Source: Octopus sinensis
Taxonomy: Eukaryota
Length of the DNA: 55,457 nucleotides
Direction: 5' to 3'
NCBI RefSeq assembly: GCF_006345805.1
Contig: NW_021833771.1
Coordinates: forward strand, 1 to 55,457
This document shows, piece by piece, positions 13,871 to 26,671 of the stretch. Position 1 is the first letter of the stretch. The number at the start of each line of letters is the position of its first letter. The notes below the pieces were generated by a model. That model was not told the DNA's origin, searched no databases, and was given only the letters and a program-made list of their open reading frames with translations. The translations under genes were made by a program, and so were the position numbers.

Positions 13871-14084
13871 TTACAATAAGTGGCTCTCTTTTTTTTCCTA
13901 GAGAGATAGGTAGATAGATAGGTAGGTAGGTTTATTATTCTTACACAAGAATGTTGTTGACAGAGTATAAAAATAATAAACTTGTACTCTACAAATATAT
14001 AGAGTAACCCATCAGATAAACGTGAAATTATTTTTTACTATATCTGAACATAAAAACAATCAGTAATATAGATAGACAGAGAGA

Positions 14085-14340
14085 TTGATAGATAGATAGA
14101 TAGATAAGTTTCTTTATTGGCCACACAGGGCTGCACACAGATGGGACAAGTTACAAGGTAGAGCTTTTCTTTTGGGGGATGAAAAAAACAAAAACAAAAA
14201 AACAAAAGGTGGCGTAGGTTTTCGATCAAAAGGGATCGTAAAAGGGAAAAAAAGAACAAAAAAGAAAAAAAGAAAAAAAAGAAAAAAGGAAAAGGAACGA
14301 AAGAAAAGAGAAATGAAAAAAAGAAGAAAAAAGGGGAAGA
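14085..14340 (-). mobile_element. Putative LINE 3' UTR fragment (family D), copy 2
   Basis: As copy 1; includes GGTTTTCGATCAAAAGGGATCGTAAA shared with the 48285 copy. Confidence 0.55.
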
Positions 14341-14599
14341 TAGATAGATAGATATATAGATAGATAGACAGAGTTAGACAGACTGATCGAGTGACTGACT
14401 TACTCATAGCTGATGTTGATGTTTCTCCCTGGCGGGAAATCGGGTTTCCGAGTTTTAGCATGTTCTTGAAATCCGAGTTGAATACTGGATGATAGGTGAA
14501 GGAGAAGGTAAGGAATACAGCCTGACCGGCAAAAAAAAAACAGAAAAAGCAAAAAACTATAAATAAAACCTACTACACATTCACTCTTTTTCTTAGTGG

Positions 14600-14657
14600 C
14601 ATTCAAAGACAGACAGACAGGTAAGTAGATTGGTAGATAGACAGACAGAAAGAGAGG

Positions 14658-14740
<83 letters not shown>

Positions 14741-14987
14741 TCAGATAAAGAGGAGGAGAGATAGATAGACAGTCAGATAAAGAGGAGGAGAGATAGATAG
14801 ACAGATAGATAGAGAGGAGGAGAGATAGATAGATAGAAAGACAAAGAGGAGGAGAGATAGATAGACAGACTGATAGATAGATAGAGAGGAGGAGAGATAG
14901 ATAGATAGACAAACAGATAGAGAGGCGGATAGATAGAGAGGAGGAGAGATAGACAGACAGACAGGCAGACAGATAGATAGAGGAGAT

Positions 14988-15023
<36 letters not shown>

Positions 15024-15125
15024 GAGTGGTAGATAGATAGACAAACAGAGGAGAGATAGATACAGACAGATAGGGAGGAAGAGAGATAGATAGAGAGGAG
15101 GATAGACAGACAGACAAACAGACAG
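14600..15125. repeat. (GATA)n with AGAGGAGGAG-interrupted minisatellite units
   Basis: Read directly from the sequence. Confidence 0.95.
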
Positions 15126-15902
15126 ATTGACGTTACACAGCTGTTCCACATACGAGCAATGTGATATAGAAACTTTTGCGCAAACACTGGACATAATAGA
15201 GGACTTTAAACAAACACAATACGTTAACTATTCTACAATTTCCATAAGATTTCGGTCCTCTGTACTATCTGTAAATTTCTTAGACAGTTTTGAGTGCAAA
15301 ATATCGCAAAATACGATCTTTGTCGTTTTCGATTTTCGGATCAATATCTTGTTATGTTTGGTCTCTTACAATTAAATACATAAAATGAATACAACAGAAA
15401 GACTCAGTGAATCATTGAAATTTTCTTCGTCTTCTCTTTCCTATATTTTTATAGTTTCATTATTCCTATATAATATCGCACACAATATCTTATACATATA
15501 TATTCTTTTCATCTGAATTTTGACATTTTTCTCTTTACCACATGCTTTTGAATTGCTCCGTTCCATAATCATTCGATATTTCCTTTTATCTGTTGGAATA
15601 TGCGACAATGTGTGTCGATGTTCATGGGTGTGTGTGTGTATATAGGTTTACATATATGTGCGTGTCTGTGCGCGTGTGTGTATGGACATATATATATATA
15701 TATGTATGCATGTATATATATGTGTATGTATATATATATATATATGCGTGTTGTGCCAGGAGATTGATGAAGCAGTTTCACCGGCACATAATTTGAAATC
15801 TTCTCAACAATTGTGCTCTGACAATTGGCCATATTATATGAATTCTTCTCCGCTTGTATAAAAGTTTGAATGTATGCTTTTATGCATGTACGTACGTGTA
15901 TC

Positions 15903-15934
<32 letters not shown>

Positions 15935-16252
15935 ATGTATGTATGTATATCATATATATGCCCTAGAGCATTATCTGGTTAGCCTGACATTTAACATTTA
16001 TTGTTCGAAAGTAATATACAAGCTTTAGAATAAAGGCTGTGACAATGTACCGTACAAACATTCCTGGTTCCTGACTTCACGATCCTTACATTATTGGTTG
16101 TACATTCAGATAGGGACATCAAAGTGGCCGTGGAACAGTCATTGCCAAAGTAGTGACCAGAGTTATTAAAATATCCGATCGTCTAAAATCTATTGGTAAC
16201 CAAAGAAGTGAATTTTCATAGGGGTTAATTGAAATAATCTACCTTTACGTGT

Positions 16253-16800
16253 ATGAAATAAGGCGACAGATAGTACTAGGCAGAGAGGCAATGGTCAACA
16301 TGAGCAGGGTCTGGAAGTGTAGAGACATCAGACTCGCTACCAAATGCAGATTGGTGAATGCAATTGTCTTCCCAATAGCAACATCTGGATGCGAGACCTG
16401 GACACTAAAGAAAGCTGACCAGAAGAGAATTAATGCATTCGAGCTTTGGTGTTGGAGAAGACTTTTACGGATTCTATGGACAGCGAGGCTCACCAATAGA
16501 GAAGTTCTTAAGCAGATCAGGCCCAAAATGTCGCTAGAAGCTAGGATCACCAAGCATAGATTGGCATATTTCGGTCATATTATGCGGAGAAAATCCCTGG
16601 AGAAGGACATCATGCTCGGAATGGTCAGTGGCAAGAGAGGGAGAAGCCGACCAAGAACCCGCTAGCTGACACCATCAAGAGTGATACCGGAATGGACATA
16701 GCGAATCTGAAAGAAGCGGCCCAGGATAGAACTGGCTGGTGGACACTGATCCAACGAGTAATCGAGAGTCGACTTCGACTGAGCGGGTAGATAGATTGAT
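16253..16800 (+). mobile_element. RTE-clade (BovB-like) LINE 3' fragment, C-terminal part of the RT ORF
   Basis: IVFPIATSGCETWTLKKADQKRINAFELWCWRRLLRI.WTAR.TNREVL..YFGHIMRR.SLEKDIMLG; ends CTTCGACTGAGCGG followed by a GATA-type tail. Confidence 0.92.
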
Positions 16801-18834
16801 GTCTATGAATCACGAATCTTACCAAATATATGTCCATGCCTTTTGACGCTGTAATATTTATTTGGTCGACAAGTCATCCCTACAATTGATAACCATATTT
16901 TTTTTTCTGAAATATGGTCAGAAATCTAAACGTAAACAGTGGTAATAAAACTACTAATGAACATAAGATACCGTAAATGAGATTGGATTCCTAATGCGGC
17001 CACCACTCTTGACGCAAGAGCCAGTTATCGGAATAGGCTGATCATCAGACAATACGCCGGCTGTTCTTCCCCACTGGATATAAATCCAGTTGTGGTCAAA
17101 TATACTTGTCATCCTAGACAAGTACTTGAGTGGCTGTCAAGTACTGTGGTCAGTTTATTGGATTCCACTAGTCACATGCTTAAATTAGGATAAATTACTT
17201 TTTTTATATTTTATAAGCTGTTGTTTTTGTTGTTGTTTGGTTGTTAGCTGGAAACGTCTATTTTTTTTTTTATTCATCTTTGCATATTAATTGCTTATGT
17301 TTACAACGAAATAAACTTTCGTGTTTAAAGAATTTTTACTATAGAAACTATATCCCTGAAGAACAAGTAATAAGAACTATACAAGAGGTGAAATGGATGA
17401 GAGGATAAACTATTCTATAGCTTGCTGCAAAGTCCAAATCTGTTATTTTTCGTTATATCTCTGGACAGAACATATTATCTTTTAGTTCGCCTCATTTCAT
17501 TTGCCAGTCGGAAAAATTAGCCTCGGTACTTCTGGGAATATTTCTGTAGATAGACTGGCGTCCTATCAAAATGGCGATATATTACTTATCTGGAAACAGC
17601 TAGAGCAGAGTGTCGTCTTTTAAAAGTCCTCCAGTGAATCAGAATGAAAATAAATTTCACAGTCGAACTTCACCCCCATCCTCATCCATTTGTTATTTAT
17701 ATCTTTGTCTGGAGGTCTATTTATGAGTACTTAAATATATTTGCTATGTATGTATGCATGTATGTATGTATGTATTATAACTGTATGTATATGTGCATGT
17801 TTGTGTGTACATGTATATTTCCCAGTATCAACAATTCACCAAATTCTTAAACATATATGATGGTTATATCAGAAATATTGCGAATAGTTATCACACTGCC
17901 GAACTATATAATAACCGAAGCCTGTAGCATCTATTTGATTTACGAAGTATAAAATATCAGTTTATCTCTGTTCGAATTTCATTGCGTGGTGCTATTGCAT
18001 ATGAAAACTCTAGGATCGATAAAATAAGTTCCTGTAATTAATATATTGATTGATATTGACTTAAGCAACTTTAATACTGATTGGTTTTTCAGTGAAGTGG
18101 ATTTAATGGTTGTCAGTGCAAATATCTTTATTGCTAAAGAGGAAACAATTTTAAATTTATATATTTGTTTCTCTGAAATATAAAAGGGAGCTATTGTTTA
18201 ATAATGGATATGCGAGTGTTAAGTTGCTGATTCGGTTTGTATTTGTATTATATCCGCTTTCAATGACATTATGAGCTAGCATTATGCCGGTCGAGATTCT
18301 ATCCGTTGTACAACGCTTGCTGACAGAATTGCTTTTCTGCTTAGTGAGAAGCAATAAGTGTTCACTTCCGTTTCCTCTTTATACACTGTTTGAACACAAC
18401 TTTCTATAATTGTCTGGAAATATATTTCTAACTGAATGCCTTTGTTATATTCAACGGTTATATATATTTCAATGTAACAATTACACGATATCAACTGGGC
18501 TCTCATTTTCATGTCTGTGATTTGCCGACTTATATCCCTTCGCCCTCTTTGATATTATCACCGGCAAGGATATAATTTGCATAAAATCTTCAGACTGCCC
18601 CGAGCGGTGTTGTGATTATCAGGGGGTACTACAAATCACTAAAAGCGAGGAAGCCTTCATTCGGTTGCTCACCGTGCAAAGGGGGAAAGATAGCAACGGG
18701 ATCACCTGAAACACCCGAATCTACCCACCGATCCCTGCAGGAAATGCGTCATTGTATAAAGTAGGGGCTCTCATAGTAAAATAGTCTTTAGTCGTGGAGG
18801 GTTTGTTTGATCGGAACATATTTCGGTCTAGAAG

Positions 18835-19380
18835 CAACTACCTCTGCAACTACTACTACTACTATTATTATTATTGCTGGTACTACTACTACTACTACTC
18901 CTAGTAATACTACTAATACTGTTACTACTGCTGCCACAACTAATACTACTGTTACTACTACTACTACCACTACTACTGTTACTACTGCTGCTACTACTAA
19001 TACTAATACTGCTACTACTAATACTACTACCACTGTTACTACTACTACTACTACTGTTACTACTACCCCTACTACTGTTGCTGCTGTATACTGCTACTAA
19101 TGCTGTAGCTGCTGCTGGTTTTTGCCACTTCTACGATAACCACCATTACTACTGCTATTAATACCACTACTACTGCTGCCACTACAGCTACTACTGCTGC
19201 GCCTGTTGCTGCTGTTTGTTTTTGCCATTACTACAAAAACTACTACTACAACTATTATTGCTGCTACTGTTGCTATTACTACTGCTGCTGTTTTACCACT
19301 CCTACTATAAACACTACTACTACTTTTACTATTATTTTTCCTACTACTGGTGCTACTACTACTACAACAACAACATAGTT
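18835..19380. repeat. Degenerate (ACT)n/(GCT)n trinucleotide array
   Basis: Read directly from the sequence; explains the poly-T/L/V ORFs. Confidence 0.95.
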
Positions 19381-19815
19381 GTAGATTTAGCAGGAGACCA
19401 ATCGTTTTAATCGATGACTGTTGTTCAACGAGAAACACGTTGGTTCAAATAGATTCCAGTCTGACTTACAAGAAAGCAACACAAAGTTAATGTATATTTT
19501 CACGAATCATTACCTGAAGACAAAATTTTAAATAGTTCTTCTATGTTCGTCTAGATAATGGACTATTACTTACTGACAATCAATAACCGTATGAAGTGAT
19601 GAAGTTAACAGAGTTGATGCGACGTTACATTGCCCGCTGAAATATAGTTTTAATTTTTATATAGATACGAACGGCAATAAGTTGTGACCTTGTACAAGAC
19701 AAGAAGCACTCTAAAAACTGAGTGTCTCTTTGACTGGTGGAGAACAATTATTGTTTTTAGTGTTATATAGCTCTGGGTTAGTTTCCATCAAATGTAATAA
19801 GTACGGCATAGAAGT

Positions 19816-20057
19816 AGGAGTGGCTGTGTGGTAAATAGCTTGCTTATCAACCACATGGTTCTGGGTTCAGTCCCACTGCGTGGCACCTTGGGCAAGTGTC
19901 TTCTACTATAGCCACGGGCCGACCAAAGCCTTGTGAGTGGATTTGGTAGACGGAAACTGAAAGAAGCCCGTCGTATATATGTATATATATATGTGTGTGT
20001 GTGTATGTTTGTGTGTCTGTGTTTGTCCACCTAGCATTGCTTGACAACCGATGCTGG
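19816..20057 (+). mobile_element. SINE family A, 3'-truncated
   Basis: Head, internal TA/TG microsatellite and start of the 3' part as in the 23659 copy. Confidence 0.92.
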
Positions 20058-20275
20058 CTCCTTACCACACTCCTGAACACAACGTCAGTGTGACGGTTTA
20101 AGCATATATTATGTTCACTCAATACCTGTAATTTCCTATCAATCTCTCTTTCCCCTTCTTTCTCTCACTCCCTTTCTCTCCCTTCCTTCTCTCTTATACT
20201 TTGCCTATTTAGCTTATGCATTTATCTATCTATCTATATATATATATTATATATATATATTATATATATATATAT

Positions 20276-20476
20276 GTGACCGCGTGTGTACCGTTGGCGA
20301 TTTTTTCCCTCTGTCTTCCCTTCTCTGGATCTTTCCTTCTCCTATGTTTCCGACGAAGAGCTTCGCTCGGAACGTTAAACCCTCCTTCTTTCCTGAGTAT
20401 CCAATAATACTATATTTGTTCCACGTCCTCGCGTTGTTGTTTTTTTTTTCTGTGCTTTCTTGTTCGGATTAACTTT
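20276..20476 (+). mobile_element. Short element flanked by (TA)n carrying a degenerate minimal hammerhead; Penelope-like terminal repeat remnant suspected
   Basis: GTTT-CCGACGA-A-GAGC-TTC-GCTC-GGAA-CGT-T-AAAC at 20346-20380. Confidence 0.55.
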
Positions 20477-21068
20477 ATATATATATATATATCGATGTAT
20501 CTGTTTGTCCATCTATCTATTTACGTATCTATAGATCTGTCTGTCTGTCATTCAATTGGTCATCTGTCATTCTCGTGTCTTTGTAATACTCGACCATTCA
20601 TAAATCCATTCCATGTCTCAGAAATCGGTTCGTCAAACACTACGTTCTTGATCGAAACTGACAAAGCAATTATTCCATTTAAAGGGTAGTTTTGAAGAAT
20701 TTAGTTGTGTTGGTCAGTAGCGCTCTGCTTCAGATTATTATTGCTGATTATATATTGATTGGTTTCATTAATTCATTTCTCATAGAAACACTACATGAAT
20801 GTAGTCTTTAACCCTTGGCCTGCCTTGTGATACACATGACATATTTCCCTGGCTTTTAATCAGCAAATTTCATAGGCCTTCTCAGTTTATTACAAGATTC
20901 AGAGAAATTTGGAATTTATGAAAGGAAAAGTTTTGCATTACTCGGAGTATATAAAATAAGGGTGAAGTAAAAGTCTGAAAACGAGGATCGGCATTGAGAG
21001 AAACTTATGAAAATGCTTTGGATAGGCGAAGGGTTAAATTGTGTATCTAAGAGTTTTGTAAATAAGGG

Positions 21069-21388
21069 TTTTTTTTTTATTTATGCGCCCCTTTTCAAGC
21101 CTAGCAAGGCTCGTGGGCCCGGTTTCCCGATTTCTATGGCGTATGTGTTCCCCCCAGCTGAAGGGAACGCCAGTCCATCGCAGCTTTACTTTAAAAACAG
21201 GAAGAGAGAGTGAGAGAAAGTTGGGGCGAAAGAGTACAACAGGGGTCGTCACCACCCCCTGTTGGAGCCTCATGGAGTTTTAGGTGTTTTCGCTCAATAA
21301 ACACGCACAACGCCTGGTCTGGAAATCGAAACCGCGATCCCCCGACCACGAGTCCGTTGCCCTAGCTACTGGGCCATTGCGCCTCCAC
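21069..21388 (-). mobile_element. SINE with family C head and a different 3' tail ending in poly(A)
   Basis: About 21194-21388 matches the family C head/body; 21069-21190 reads GCTGCGATGGACTGGCGTTCCC..CATAGAAATCGGGAAACCGGGCCC..AATAAAAAAAAAA on the minus strand. Confidence 0.85.
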
Positions 21389-22815
21389 AAATAGTGTAAT
21401 TGCACCTGCGAAGAGCTTCCGTCTGTGCTTGATAATCTCTAAACAAGAATGCTTATGATTTAGCCAAGAAGGAGAGCTTTGTTTTGGCTCTCAGTTGTAA
21501 CTGGCTTGAGAAGTTTGTTGGTGTTTGAAATCGGCTTTTTCTCCACATTGTCAAACTTTATACCTGTTATATCATCTGCTATACTATCGTTGTCAATAGA
21601 GAATGCAATAAAGTGTAATCATCATGAATCAAGAGGCTACTCTAAGCTTTGTCTACCTTCCGTTTCGTCTACTTATCACATATGAACAGAGAGGAAAATA
21701 AAAATATATTTTGCTCGCATCGGCAATTAGACCAGGCAATTATTCATACTTCCGATCGAACGTAATGTATGCATAACCTTTAGAGAAATCAGAAGTCTTT
21801 CTAATATTGTCAGCTGTAGCCAAATGTTCTGCTAATATATTCAGCCTGTCCAAAAAATATCTCTGTAGCTTTCTGTGTAACAGAAAATAACAAAAAATAA
21901 CAATATATATAATTTTTTTTCAATTGAAAAAAAAAAAAAATTCATTCCAATTTATAACATTATATTTCAATGTTTTGTCTGACATTTTCTAAAATTAAAT
22001 TTGGTGGATATTTCTAGATACGATTAATTGAAAGTAGACAGTTTTAATTACATCAACTAGAGGTTTTATCATATATTTTGCATGTACTTTGTTTGCAAGG
22101 TGTAATTATATTTTATATTTTGTTGTCTATTTTTATGAGTTCTTTAAAGACACATATATATAGATTTCATTTTGTGGTGACTCGTATTTTGTAAGATTTC
22201 TTCAATAATTATGTGCTAATATTTAAAAAAATGGACATATAAATTCACAAAAAAATATATATGCATTTAGACATATATATCTAGATATCTTTTATAGTTC
22301 ACACGATGCCAAACTTGTCATCATCAGACGTCAGATATTTTTATTATAATGTTAACTATGAATTCCACATTCCATTAAAAGATCGACGCATAGACGTTCT
22401 CATTATGGTGAACCAAAACGATCTACAAATCAAGAGAATCTTTAAAGATTTCACCTCATTGTACTGTGAACCCAAACATATGTAACTAATTACAGAAGTA
22501 TCAATGAAATGATAGTGTGGTTTCATTCCAATCGAAGACAACTTAGATTCTTATTCATTTGCAGAAAATAAGGTAGGACAATTACTGTGTTGATCACAGA
22601 CTAATGAAGCAGGAAGACATCTCATATTTTGACAATTACACTTTCTTAGTCTTTAATCCTTTCACTGAAAAATGAAATTTCGTGGTTATTCCAGTAACAA
22701 TGTTAAATATCTACTAAATATACAAGTGAATTTTCCGCATATCACATTTCTTCATTAAACGTGACATATCTCAACGGAAAATCATTTCAAATAAGATGTT
22801 CCTCGGTGAAAGACA

Positions 22816-23311
22816 TCTTTACATATAAAAGTCAAGTCGTGTGTCTGTCTGTCTGTCTCCTACGATTTAGATTCCTAACTACTCCCACATTTTGTGGTGC
22901 AGTTTAACCAAAACCGGGTATCTTATAGTCGGGATTCATATCGAGCCCTTCTGGGTATTAGCGCGCGTCTACTATTTAAAAACAAAATTACCATCATATT
23001 TTCCATTTTAATGCATTTTTTCGCTATTATATAAGGGAAGTAACTCTCTAAAAATGTCTACGATGAGTCAACGATTTTAAAACAAAATTACCATCAATTT
23101 TTCCCATTTTTAATGCATTTTTTCGCTATTATATAAGGGAAGTAACTCTCTAAAAATGTCTACGATGAGTCAACGATTTTAAAACAAAATTTACCATATT
23201 TTTTTTCCATTTTTAATGCATTTTTTGGCTATTTTTTGGCTATAACTCTCTAAAAATGCTTATATAGTTATTTCCCTTACAAACCCGAGCAACGCCGGGC
23301 GATACTGCTAG
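22816..23311 (+). mobile_element. Non-autonomous Helitron
   Basis: Inserted between A and T; 5' TC, 3' CTAG, subterminal hairpin CCCGAGC-AAC-GCCGGG at 23284-23299; internal ~99-bp tandem duplication; second copy at 53588. Confidence 0.88.
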
Positions 23312-23658
23312 TTGGTATATAAAGCTACTTGCCGTAGTTAAAGTAAAGAAATTTTGAGTGGATTCCGCAGTAAAAGTGTTAGCAACATGTCATTTGTGAT
23401 TCTTGATTCTTCAAATTTTCCCCCATTTTCTCATTTCGACTTCTTTCCAATTCCAAGCGAATACGTGTTCCATTATTTCTGAAATCGGAGATATATTCAA
23501 CAAATCAAGTACTTCCCTTTATGGAATGTCATGTCCCCTTAATCGTGTCTGCTGTTTGAATATATGTGACAGGCCATTGTGAGTTGTAGTTCATAACTCA
23601 TTTAGATTTCACACACATTCACTCGCTTACATACACACACAAACTAATATATATATAT

Positions 23659-24057
23659 AGGAGTGGCTGTGTGGTAAGTAGCTTGCTAACCAACCACATG
23701 GTTCCGGGTTCAGTCCCACTGCGTGGCATCTTGGGCAAGTGTCTTCTGCTATAGCCCCGGGCCGACCAATGCCTTGTGAGTGGATTTGGTAGACGGAAAC
23801 TGAAAGAAGCCCGTCGTATATATGTATATATATATATATATTTATGTGTGTGTGTTTGTGTGTGTGTCTGTTCCCCTAGCATTGCTTGACAACCGATGCT
23901 GGTGTGTTTACGTCCCCGTCACTTAGCGGTTCGGCAAAAAGAAACCGATAGAATTAGTACTGGGCTTACAAAAGGAATAAGTCTCGGGGTCGAGTTGCTC
24001 GACTAAAGGCGGTGCTCCAGCATGGCCGCAGTCAAATGACTGAAACAAGTAAAAGAG

Positions 24058-24058
<1 letters not shown>
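23659..24058 (+). mobile_element. SINE family A, full length
   Basis: A box TGGCTGTGTGG, B box GGTTCAGTCCC, TTGGGCAAGTG core, internal TA/TG microsatellite, tail GGCGGTGCTCCAGCATGGCCGCAGTCAAATGACTGAAACAAGTAAAAGAG. Confidence 0.95.
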
Positions 24059-24111
<53 letters not shown>

Positions 24112-24419
24112 TAGATAGATAGATAGATAGATAGATAAAACATAATAAAATAGGGTAATGATAAATTATTATTACCAGTGGCCTAGCACATAAAACGAAT
24201 TGGTCATTAGACTATATATTATTCATATAGAAATACAATAAGAGGCTTCCAAATAGGAAATCGTTGTGCTAGAACACAAAAAAGGGATAAATTCACGAAA
24301 GGATCATGAATTTATCCCTTTTTGTGGTCTTGAGATTTCTACTGCTCTTTCTAGCACAACGCTTTCCTATTTGGAAGCTCTTATTGTATATAGATAGATA
24401 GACAGTCAGATAGACATAT

Positions 24420-24452
<33 letters not shown>

Positions 24453-25719
24453 CATATGTATATGCATATATGGGTACAAGACGTCACCAACTGTGTAAAC
24501 TATATGAAATGTGAAAATAAACGAGTTAAATACGCAAAGAACGAGAGAGAAAATGGAAAACAGTACAAGTAAACACAGAGGCCGACCCTTCGTCAGTTGT
24601 CCGCTGTCTATTTACTCCTCATTTCGCACCTTGAGTCTTGAAAGACATTCTCCCATTCATATACGGACACATATACTATCTCTCTCTCTTTCCCTGTTCC
24701 TCTCTCCTTCTCTGTCTCTCACTCTCACCCTGTTTCTCCATCCACTGTCTTTCTTACCCTCTCTCTTTTATTATACTCTCTCTCCCCTCTCCTTCATCAT
24801 AGATGAGATCTGATTAAGTACAACAGTACTAGTCATATTGGCGCTCTTCCCAGTTAAATACGTCAGCATATCCTGTTAGTTGTATATTAAATGCTTTATT
24901 TTATTTGTTCCGTTATTAAGGGAATTACCTGCTATTTCTATATAAGTTACTGAGTCGGCAGTTCAGTTTGATCAGCATCTCAAACAAAAGTCAGAACTTA
25001 CAGAAGTGGAACCAATATTTATTATATTTGTTAGACAGTCAGATAGACTGAGAAAGAGATTTAATGAGATATACTGAGGCTGCATAATTAATACTACACA
25101 ATGTGTTTATCTCAATAAATGTGTATATCTGTAGGTATGTGTGTGTAGTAGTAGAGTGTACAGTATGTAGAAATACAGAGAGTGGTCATTTCATTTGGCA
25201 TAGTGCAACCTATGGTAATACCTACGAAAAATGTATGCATATTCATTTGTGTTAATCTTTGTAAATCTATTTAGGTTCTGTAAAAAAAATTGAAGGGCTC
25301 TAATTGTTATATTTACCTGCATACATCATATTTATATCTTTATTTGAATTATTTGAACATTGTGGTATAAGAAATAAATCGTTCTCAAAAATGGAACTCG
25401 AAGTAAATAAAGCTATAAACATACCGTATAGAAAATTGGATTTAAAATACCTTGAGTAAAAAAGGTCGAAAGCTGACCATGTAACTCGAATCATAGTCTT
25501 TTGCTTCCATACACGAATTCTTTTTTCGCTACAATATTCTACACGCCATAAATTATATCCTCACCAATTTCGAATTTCATCCTTCAAGTTCCTTATGAGT
25601 TATATCTTATACCTACATTTCAGCATATATATATATATATATACATGTGTGTATTTATGTATGCATCTATATATATTGACAAGGCACGTGTATTATATAT
25701 TCTTCAATTTCTTTTTCAG

Positions 25720-25875
25720 GGGCATTGTTCGAACCTGAGAACGAAGGCCCGAAACTGGCGTTTATGAGTGCAATCGAAAAGGTGAATCTTAAGAATGAGA
25801 TTCTACCTCAGACGTTACTTATATACGACGTTTTGAAGGTTCAACCTCAGGATAGTTTTCAGGCATCAAATTTAG
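25720..25875 (+). CDS. Internal coding exon of an ionotropic glutamate receptor (kainate-type), start of the amino-terminal domain
   Basis: Acceptor TTCAATTTCTTTTTCAG, donor G|GTAAGT, 156 bp, phase 1-1. GALFEPENEGPKLAFMSAIEKVNLKNEILPQTLLIYDVLKVQPQDSFQASNL aligns by eye with GluK2 GGIF..[41 protein letters not shown]. Confidence 0.88.
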
Positions 25876-26009
25876 GTAAGTCGTTTCCACATATGTCTTC
25901 TCATTATCAAGTTCCTTCCGTGATTTCAATTTATTTTCAGGTTTATACTTTTGAAATGTTTCAATATACATCATTACAATTTTGTTTTGTCTTCTAAAAT
26001 TGCAAAGCT

Positions 26010-26340
26010 GAATCTAAATTGGTTGGCATCCTTTTTGTCTCGGGAGACAATGGAGTTGCGCATAAAGTAGTCTAGTCTGGCTTTTACATTTCATGTCCTG
26101 ATACATTTCCTGCTGTGGCTGTGTAGTCCTATCCTGGACAAACACTCCCTCTGGCAGGTACCGCAAATATAACGAAGACTGTTCCTGGCTGGTTGTAATA
26201 CCATAGTTTCTTGCTGACGTCTTTTCTTGTCTTTCCATTTCTCCTCTCTCTCTGTCACTCCTTTGTATTCCCTCTCTTACGGTACGTCGCCAGTCTCCAC
26301 GGTTGCCGGCAACTGCCTCCCAACCGCTAATATCTAAAGA
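26010..26340 (-). mobile_element. RTE-clade LINE 3' fragment with a single C-terminal CCHC finger
   Basis: Minus strand reads GWEAVAGNRGDWRRTVREG, then a frameshift in a GA run, then YICGTCQRECLSRIGLHSHSRKC and a stop. Confidence 0.85.
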
Positions 26341-26671
26341 TATGTAAGAATTAAAAATGGGTCCTTGTAAAATAAATTACGGTCAGAAAATATTTAATAT
26401 GAACTATAAATAAAGATCATTTTTTATCATGGGAAAAGCGAACGAAATTGTCCACATTTCGAGCGATATATTTCTTCCGTGAAATATAAAATGGTTTTAA
26501 TGATGTGGTTCTCCATTCTCTCTCCAATAAAATGCTATGGTTGAAGTGATGGAACTCTTCTACCCATGAGGAAAATCTTAAGTTTTTGCTTTATTTTAGC
26601 AGGCATCAGACGTATGACAACTTATTCCGACGCACACAAACACCCCTCACACACACACATGGAAATGGAAA

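Noticed and set aside
15127-15215. Minus-strand peptide SSIMSSVCAKVSISH faintly like the iGluR SxVxSICxxxxIPH motif
   Set aside because: Wrong strand and position relative to the real exon, weak donor, and the similarity is too short.
16110-16200. Possible upstream exon ending KSIG|GTAACC in phase 1
   Set aside because: In-frame TAG just after the acceptor, no Met and no signal peptide.
24580-24650. Minus-strand CTGACGAAGGG with a GAAA upstream
   Set aside because: Stems I and III cannot be formed; at most a decayed Penelope-like repeat.
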